From positions 1-64,000 of the forward strand of contig JBLNCY010000018.1 of the NCBI GenBank assembly GCA_050261115.1: a stretch of DNA of 64,000 nt, given 5' to 3'. The notes under the pieces are model-generated. The model worked only from the letters and a program-made list of their open reading frames with translations, searched no databases and was not told where the DNA came from. The stretch's first letter is position 1. Each line of letters begins with the position of its first letter. Below, one piece after another: positions 58,082 through 64,000 of the stretch. Made by a program: the position numbers and the translations under genes. This DNA comes from Methanocella sp. GTDB lineage: Archaea; Thermoproteota; Bathyarchaeia; Bathyarchaeales; Bathycorpusculaceae.

Positions 58082-59130
58082 CCCAAACTGGCCGCTATGC
58101 ACGTGTACTGCCCAAGCTGGGCGCCGAACGTGGAAAACTTTTATCAGAAACTAAAATCAAGACACTTAGTGAGAGCAAAAACCTCTCTGAACTTGTTTCA
58201 TTGTTACGAGACACCCCCTATCAGGAGCAGGTCTCTACCATAGAAGCGCCCCTAACTGGCCGCAAGCTTGAAAGGGCCTATTTTGAAAACCTCATCGAAA
58301 CTTACCTTAAAATTATGACGTATGCTCCTGAGCAGGCAAACAGGTATCTTAGCATTTATCTGCAACGGATTGAGGCAGAGAATGTGAAGGCGCTTGTGCG
58401 GATGGCGCAGACTGATTTGTCTTTTGAGCAGCGTCTCGCTAAAATGTATCTCTCCGTCGAAAAAAACCTCGGGAACACTGGGTTGATGGAGGAAGCCGCC
58501 AAAGCGCAAAACATCAGCCAAGTCGTCGCAGCCTTCAAGGGCAGCGAATACGGCTCTGCCTTAGCTGCTGGACTGAAAAGCTATGAGGAAACTGGCTCCA
58601 TCACCAACATGGACATCCTCATAGACACCCTATTCTACGAGAAGCTCTGTGCCGCCTACAAAAGCCTGCCCCGGCGAGAAAGATCCCACGCTAAACTATA
58701 CGCAAGCCTTGAAAACGACAGCTTCATCCTCCTATCGCTTCTGCGGGGCAAGAACCTTAACTATGACCCCAACTGGCTACGAATCGCCGTACCCAACTGC
58801 TACTTCAACCTCACCAAGAAACAGGTTGAATCCATAGTTACGGCGCTGAACTTTGAAGCGGCCTACCAAATCGTGCAGGAAACCCCCTACGGCAAATACT
58901 TTGAACGCAAAGCCACACCAGAAGAAACTATTGCCGCTGCTGAGAAGAAATTCAGAAGAACAATCTTGTATCATGCGCGGAAAATGTTTATTCGCGAAGT
59001 CTTTAATGTGGGCTCGATTCTGATTTATATTACCTCAAAGGAAGCTGAAGTCCGCAACTTGACTGCTTTGAGTTTAGGTGTCGATGCGGGGCTTAAGCCG
59101 GAAGCTATCCGCAGTCAGCTTCTTTTCTAG
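58078..59130 (+). CDS. atpC: A/V-type ATP synthase subunit C
   Basis: GKLLS, TPY, ENVKAL, KEAEVRNL. Confidence 0.88.
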   Translation: MTQTGRYARVLPKLGAERGKLLSETKIKTLSESKNLSELVSLLRDTPYQEQVSTIEAPLTGRKLERAYFENLIETYLKIMTYAPEQANRYLSIYLQRIEAENVKALVRMAQTDLSFEQRLAKMYLSVEKNLGNTGLMEEAAKAQNISQVVAAFKGSEYGSALAAGLKSYEETGSITNMDILIDTLFYEKLCAAYKSLPRRERSHAKLYASLENDSFILLSLLRGKNLNYDPNWLRIAVPNCYFNLTKKQVESIVTALNFEAAYQIVQETPYGKYFERKATPEETIAAAEKKFRRTILYHARKMFIREVFNVGSILIYITSKEAEVRNLTALSLGVDAGLKPEAIRSQLLF

Positions 59131-61163
59131 ACTTGCTTTTTCTCTTTTGTCAGGGTTAGGTTTGTGCGGTTATAGGTTTGTTTGAAGGGCTTGAACTCGT
59201 TGCCTGCGCCACCATAGAATTTGCTAAACCACTCATAGAAGTGCAGTCTTAGTGTGTGGATGAAGACGATTAAGCCTTCCAATGCTAAAACGCCGACGTT
59301 GCCCACGACAACCACCAGCGTTGCGAGGACCATGCCTAATATTCCGCTGAAAAACTCTGTCTCAATTAAGCCTGCCACAGTGTATGTGACTAGCATCAGC
59401 GCCCAGTGAGCCATTAAAAGTGCCAGAATGCGGCTGTAGCTTATGGTGTTGCCAAGCATGCGGGTTAAGAAGTCTGCGCCCTCAAAGAACCGCCCCGTGA
59501 CAGTGTCTTGCTCTTCGTGCTCTCCTCCGTGTTGAGCATGTGGGCCTCCAGTGCCGATTTGTGGTTTGTGGATTTTCAAGTAAACGGGTTTGCCTACAAC
59601 TAAAACGATGAAGGGAATAAGAGGTGCCAAGATTGCACCGCTGAACCATAAACCAAAATCTAGTTGGCAGGTTGCGATTAGGTAGACGCCGCCTGCAAAA
59701 AACGCAAGCTTTGGCAGCGCAGTTAAAAATGCGTCGGCAGGGTTGTGTTTGAGTAGGTAATTAGCCATTTCGAGAACTATACCTGCCATGATTTGTGTTA
59801 TTCCTACAAACATGGCGAAGATTAAGAAGTCAAAGACGTTGTGGAACGGGCTAAACCATAGCGGCCCCCATGGTAACTCTTGTCCGAAAGCATCTCCAAA
59901 CAGTAGCCCTGCAATTGACGCCGCGATGCCGCAGGCAGCCATTATCCAGCAGACGTTCTTTATGCTCTGATTACCCTTGATTAAGCTACCCACAGCTAAG
60001 CCGCCGATAAGCAGTACTAAGCCGTGGCCTAAGTCCCCAAACATTAACCCGAATAGAATCGGGAAGGTGATGGCGACAAGTGGTGTGGGGTCAATCTCGT
60101 CGTAGTTGGGTAACCCATACAGCTTGGTTATTTCCTCAAATGGCTTTACGAATCGGCCATGCGAAATCTTCGAGGGGGGCAGAGTTGACTCGGAGACGCC
60201 CTTTTCGAGCACCAGCACTTTGTCCCCCATTGTGCTGTTTATGGTTTGGGTGAGTTCTTTGAATTTGCTCTTGGGAACAAACCCCTTGATTGTTGCCAGT
60301 CTACCCGTCTGGAGAATCTTTTTCTCAGCCAATAGTAGCGTCAATATGTTTTCGGAGGTTTCCTTAAACGCCGCCAGATTATCCTTGCTTTCTTCGCCTA
60401 GCCGCTTTATGGCTTCATTGACGGCTTTCTCTTTTTCCTCGTTCTCCTTTAGGCGCCTGTTGACCTCTTTTAGGGCTTCTTTGACGTTTCTGGGGAGGTC
60501 AGGAGGCATCTGAAAGATGTCTGCATGATAAGTCCGTAGAATCCTCTCTACTTCTTCTTTGTGTTTGCCGGCTGAAGCCACAACCATAAAACAGGAGTCT
60601 TCTGTGAGAGGGGTTTGTTTTCTGTAAAGGGGCAGGTTTGCTGTTGCGGTTTGGAAGGCTTCACAGTTCTTAACCGGCATACTTGCGAACGCAACGTAGA
60701 CGAATTTGAGGTCACTTATGCCTTCAAAATCCGCATCTACACTTTCTATGCTGTGGAGAAAACGTCGCAGGTTGGTTAATTCCTCGTTTTTTTCACTCAT
60801 TCCCGCAAGAGATCCGTTGAGGGTTTCAATTTCTTGTTTTAGAGAGAGGATTTTTTGATTGGTGTTTTCTAAGAGTGATTGCCAATTGTCTGCGGTAACA
60901 TTGACTTTTGTGGGTACATTTAACTTAAATATCGATAAGGGACTGCTTTTTTCGTGCACTAACTGCTTAGTCAAAACGTCTAAGTCAAGGAGGCGCTCAT
61001 GAACCAATGCAATTTTCTGGTCATAAGCTTCAATGTTTGCGTCATCCCGATGGGATTGTTCGATATGGAACTCGCCGAAGGTATTAAGTGATTCTAATAC
61101 AGACTCGACATCTTTTTTTGCACAAATAATAGATGTCGACGTCATTCTTTCGGGTCGCAACAT
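59127..61163 (-). CDS. atpI: A/V-type ATP synthase subunit I (a), on the opposite strand
   Basis: YGLPNYDEIDPT, FGLMFGDLGHG, SYSRILAL, HTLRLHFYEWFSKFY. Confidence 0.95.
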   Translation of the reverse strand: MLRPERMTSTSIICAKKDVESVLESLNTFGEFHIEQSHRDDANIEAYDQKIALVHERLLDLDVLTKQLVHEKSSPLSIFKLNVPTKVNVTADNWQSLLENTNQKILSLKQEIETLNGSLAGMSEKNEELTNLRRFLHSIESVDADFEGISDLKFVYVAFASMPVKNCEAFQTATANLPLYRKQTPLTEDSCFMVVASAGKHKEEVERILRTYHADIFQMPPDLPRNVKEALKEVNRRLKENEEKEKAVNEAIKRLGEESKDNLAAFKETSENILTLLLAEKKILQTGRLATIKGFVPKSKFKELTQTINSTMGDKVLVLEKGVSESTLPPSKISHGRFVKPFEEITKLYGLPNYDEIDPTPLVAITFPILFGLMFGDLGHGLVLLIGGLAVGSLIKGNQSIKNVCWIMAACGIAASIAGLLFGDAFGQELPWGPLWFSPFHNVFDFLIFAMFVGITQIMAGIVLEMANYLLKHNPADAFLTALPKLAFFAGGVYLIATCQLDFGLWFSGAILAPLIPFIVLVVGKPVYLKIHKPQIGTGGPHAQHGGEHEEQDTVTGRFFEGADFLTRMLGNTISYSRILALLMAHWALMLVTYTVAGLIETEFFSGILGMVLATLVVVVGNVGVLALEGLIVFIHTLRLHFYEWFSKFYGGAGNEFKPFKQTYNRTNLTLTKEKKQV

Positions 61164-61220
61164 TTTTAACAGATATAAAGAACATGCTAACAAGCATTTA
61201 AAGTTGTATTTGGTGAGGGC

Positions 61221-61529
61221 ATGATTGGTTACGTGATAGGCGACGGAGACATGGTTACCGGCTTTAGGCTAGTCGGAGTCGAAGGCGCCGAAGCAGCCAC
61301 CCCCGATGAGGCAAAACAAGCCCTAAGCAAAGCATTGGCACGCAGTGACGTCGGAGTCATAATCCTAAGCGAAACATACTATCGCGACATGTCTATACGC
61401 GAGCAAGTCGACAGGATTCGCCAAGAACAAGTTACACCCCTAATCGTCGTGCTCCCAGGAAGCCGGGACCCCATGCAGGGCGTCCCATTATCGGAAACAA
61501 TCGGTAAAATCTTGGGCATCAAACTTTAG
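61221..61529 (+). CDS. atpF: A/V-type ATP synthase subunit F
   Basis: VIGDGDMVTGFRLVGV, PLIVVLP. Confidence 0.93.
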   Translation: MIGYVIGDGDMVTGFRLVGVEGAEAATPDEAKQALSKALARSDVGVIILSETYYRDMSIREQVDRIRQEQVTPLIVVLPGSRDPMQGVPLSETIGKILGIKL

Positions 61530-61540
61530 GAGTAAACAAT

Positions 61541-62164
61541 GTGAGTGTAAAAAGCGGCGTTGCAGCGATAGCAAACGAAGTAATAAGCGACGTTCAAAAA
61601 GAAGCCGAAGCCGTCATCGCTGCGGCGGAGAACGAAGCCAAAGAAACCCTGCGAGCAGCAAAGGAACACGCGGATAGGGTTTATCATGAGATTCTTGTGG
61701 AGGCTAATCGAAAAGCGGAGGCGGAGAAAAGAAAAATTGCATCCGTAACCGAGGTGGAACTCCGCAATCGACTTTTGCAGGCTAAGGAAGACTTGGTGGA
61801 TGAAGCCTTCCAAAAGGCGATTTTGAAACTCAAAGAATTCACCGCCACCCCCAGCTACCCGCCCTACCTACTCAAGCTGGTCAAAGACATCGCAGGGCAG
61901 ATGGATCAAAAAAGCCTCGTAGTCGAAGTTAACGCCAAAGACCAAGCCATCCTCACCCCCGATGCCCTCAAAAAAATATCTCAAAACACCGGCGTAAAAT
62001 TGAAACTCTCACAGTCAAACCCCAGCTACATCGGCGGCTGCAAAGTCCAATCAGAAGACGGCAAAATAGTGTACGATGGCACCCTTGACAACAGGTTGAC
62101 TGTGCTAAAGCCGGAGTTGCGTGCCAAGATAGCAAAAAGCATCTTTGGAGAAAAAACCGTATGA
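61541..62164 (+). CDS. atpE: A/V-type ATP synthase subunit E
   Basis: Helical N-terminus; IGGCKV..EDG..YDGTL. Confidence 0.9.
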   Translation: MSVKSGVAAIANEVISDVQKEAEAVIAAAENEAKETLRAAKEHADRVYHEILVEANRKAEAEKRKIASVTEVELRNRLLQAKEDLVDEAFQKAILKLKEFTATPSYPPYLLKLVKDIAGQMDQKSLVVEVNAKDQAILTPDALKKISQNTGVKLKLSQSNPSYIGGCKVQSEDGKIVYDGTLDNRLTVLKPELRAKIAKSIFGEKTV

Positions 62165-63930
62165 CAGCTAAAGGAAGCGTTATTCGAGTTGCAGGCCCCG
62201 TGGTCGAAGCCAAGGGCCTTCAGGATTCTGTTATGCATGAGATGGTTGAGGTTGGCGAGAACGGCTTAATCGGCGAAATCATCCGCTTAGAAGGGGAATA
62301 CGCCACCATCCAAGTCTACCAAAACACCACCGGCTTAAAACTAAACGAACCCGTACACGGCACCGGGCGCCCCCTCTCAGTCGAGTTAGCCCCAGGCCTG
62401 GCGGGCAACACCTTCGACGGCATCCAACGTCCGCTGGAGGTCCTAAGAGAAATCACGGGACCGTTCATCAAGCAAACACGCGGCGTAACCGCACTTAGCC
62501 GAGACAAGAAATGGACCTTCAAGCCCACGGCAAAGGTCGGCGCAAAACTCACAGCCGGCGACATACTAGGCACAGTAAAAGAAACCGACCTAGTCGAGCA
62601 CCGCATCATGGTCCCAATCGGTCTATCAGGCAAACTCGCCGAAATCGACCCCGAAGGCGACTACACCATAGTCGACACTATAGCCACCATTGAGTCCGAG
62701 GGTAAGCCAGTGGAGGTTCAGATGCTTCAGAAGTGGCCTGTCCGAGCCCCCCGCCCCCACTCCGGACGCCTATTCGCCTCCACCCCCCTCATCACCGGTC
62801 AACGTGTTATCGACACGTTTTTCCCTATTGCCAAAGGCGGCAGCGCAGCCATCCCCGGTCCTTTTGGCGCCGGTAAAACCGTTATGCAGCAGCAGCTTGC
62901 CAAATGGTCAGACGCCGACATCGTCATCTATGTGGGCTGCGGTGAGCGCGGCAACGAAATGGTTGATGTGCTGGATAGCTTCCCCAAGCTGCTTGACCCC
63001 GCGACGGGGCATCCGCTTATGGAGCGCACCATTCTGGTCGCTAACACAAGCAACATGCCTGTTTCCGCACGTGAAGCTAGCATCTACACGGGCATCACTC
63101 TTGCCGAGTACTACCGTGACATGGGTTATGCGGTGGCGTTGATGGCTGACTCCACCAGTCGATGGGCTGAGGCGCTGCGTGAGGTTTCTGGGCGGCTTGA
63201 GGAGATGCCTGCTGAGGAAGGCTTCCCCAGTTATCTGCCCTCTCGTCTGGCTGAATTCTATGAACGCGCAGGCATCGTGGAGACGCTTGGCAGCGACACG
63301 CGTATCGGCTCTATCTGTGTAATTGGCGCGGTGTCACCTCCCGGCGGAGACTTTTCTGAACCCGTCACTCAACACACTAAACGCTTCACCCGCGTCTTTT
63401 GGGCCCTAGATGCTGAACTCTCAGATGCACGGCATTATCCCTCTATTAATTGGATGGCCAGCTACAGCGGCTACGTGACTGATCTTGGTGAGTGGTGGCA
63501 TAAGAATGTGGATGTGAAATGGAACAGTTACCGAGAAGAAGCCATGCGCATACTACAGGCCGAAGACGAGCTAAAAAACATCGTCAAACTTGTGGGTCCG
63601 GAGGCTCTTCCGGATAGGCAGCGGCTAATCCTAGAAACCGCCCGAGTCATTCGCATTGCCTTTTTGCAGCAGAATGCGCTTGACTCCGTTGACACCTATT
63701 GTAGCCCCATGAAGCAGTATAAGATGCTAAAGATAATTGTGGATTTCCATCACTTAGCCGACGGCGCGATTGGTAAGGGTGTTCCGGTTTTTAAGGTCAC
63801 TCAGTTGTCGGTTATGGAGGATATTATGCGTATGAAGGGCGGCATACCCAACGATCAGCTTGGTAAACTTGATGAGGTGGATGTGAAGATGCGTCAAGAG
63901 TTTGAGCGGTTGGAGGCCACCCTAAGGTAG
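62161..63930 (+). CDS. atpA: A/V-type ATP synthase subunit A
   Basis: [33 protein letters not shown]; no intein. Confidence 0.97.
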   Translation: MTAKGSVIRVAGPVVEAKGLQDSVMHEMVEVGENGLIGEIIRLEGEYATIQVYQNTTGLKLNEPVHGTGRPLSVELAPGLAGNTFDGIQRPLEVLREITGPFIKQTRGVTALSRDKKWTFKPTAKVGAKLTAGDILGTVKETDLVEHRIMVPIGLSGKLAEIDPEGDYTIVDTIATIESEGKPVEVQMLQKWPVRAPRPHSGRLFASTPLITGQRVIDTFFPIAKGGSAAIPGPFGAGKTVMQQQLAKWSDADIVIYVGCGERGNEMVDVLDSFPKLLDPATGHPLMERTILVANTSNMPVSAREASIYTGITLAEYYRDMGYAVALMADSTSRWAEALREVSGRLEEMPAEEGFPSYLPSRLAEFYERAGIVETLGSDTRIGSICVIGAVSPPGGDFSEPVTQHTKRFTRVFWALDAELSDARHYPSINWMASYSGYVTDLGEWWHKNVDVKWNSYREEAMRILQAEDELKNIVKLVGPEALPDRQRLILETARVIRIAFLQQNALDSVDTYCSPMKQYKMLKIIVDFHHLADGAIGKGVPVFKVTQLSVMEDIMRMKGGIPNDQLGKLDEVDVKMRQEFERLEATLR

Positions 63931-63940
63931 GTAGATTGCT

Positions 63941-64000
63941 ATGGCAGGATTAGGACTTGAATATAGAGGCGTCTCATCGATTTCCGGACCCATCATCGTG
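63941..64000 (+). CDS. atpB: A/V-type ATP synthase subunit B, 5' fragment running off the window
   Basis: MAGLGLEYRGVSSISGPIIV directly after atpA. Confidence 0.85.
   Translation, partial: MAGLGLEYRGVSSISGPIIV

Noticed and set aside
62161-63930. Intein in ATPase subunit A
   Set aside because: The 589-aa protein is contiguous through the GKT motif with no insertion.

Overview
Archaeal chromosomal window, most consistent with a Bathyarchaeia (TACK) genome. This is inferred from the archaeal r-protein set, egsA, deoxyhypusine synthase, an EF-2 paralog and PEF-CTERM surface proteins. Core content: the rpl22-rpl30 ribosomal operon; a split rps19e-rpl39e-rpl31e / eIF6-rpl18a-pfdA-ftsY cluster; an A/V-type ATP synthase cluster with subunit I inverted; ppdK; mtaB; tRNA-Arg(TCT) and tRNA-Gln(CTG); and many accessory genes, several frameshifted or truncated. 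The most notable unexplained structure: (1) a ~38-65 bp dispersed intergenic repeat (CTATATATAAGGGAGG-GRRT-CCTCGGCARAGCAACAG) in 5 full copies and 1 partial copy, with a small stem-loop that survives substitutions; (2) two related long G-U-rich hairpin RNA candidates at 30.1-30.4 kb inside a cluster of unannotated micro-proteins; (3) lysine 2,3-aminomutase (probable CTG start) translationally coupled to an EctA-type rather than AblB-type acetyltransferase; (4) a voltage-sensor-like domain fused to CorA; (5) an EF-2 paralog lacking the diphthamide histidine. No CRISPR array, rRNA, transposase or integrase was seen. All family calls are by eye from motifs; no database searches were run.
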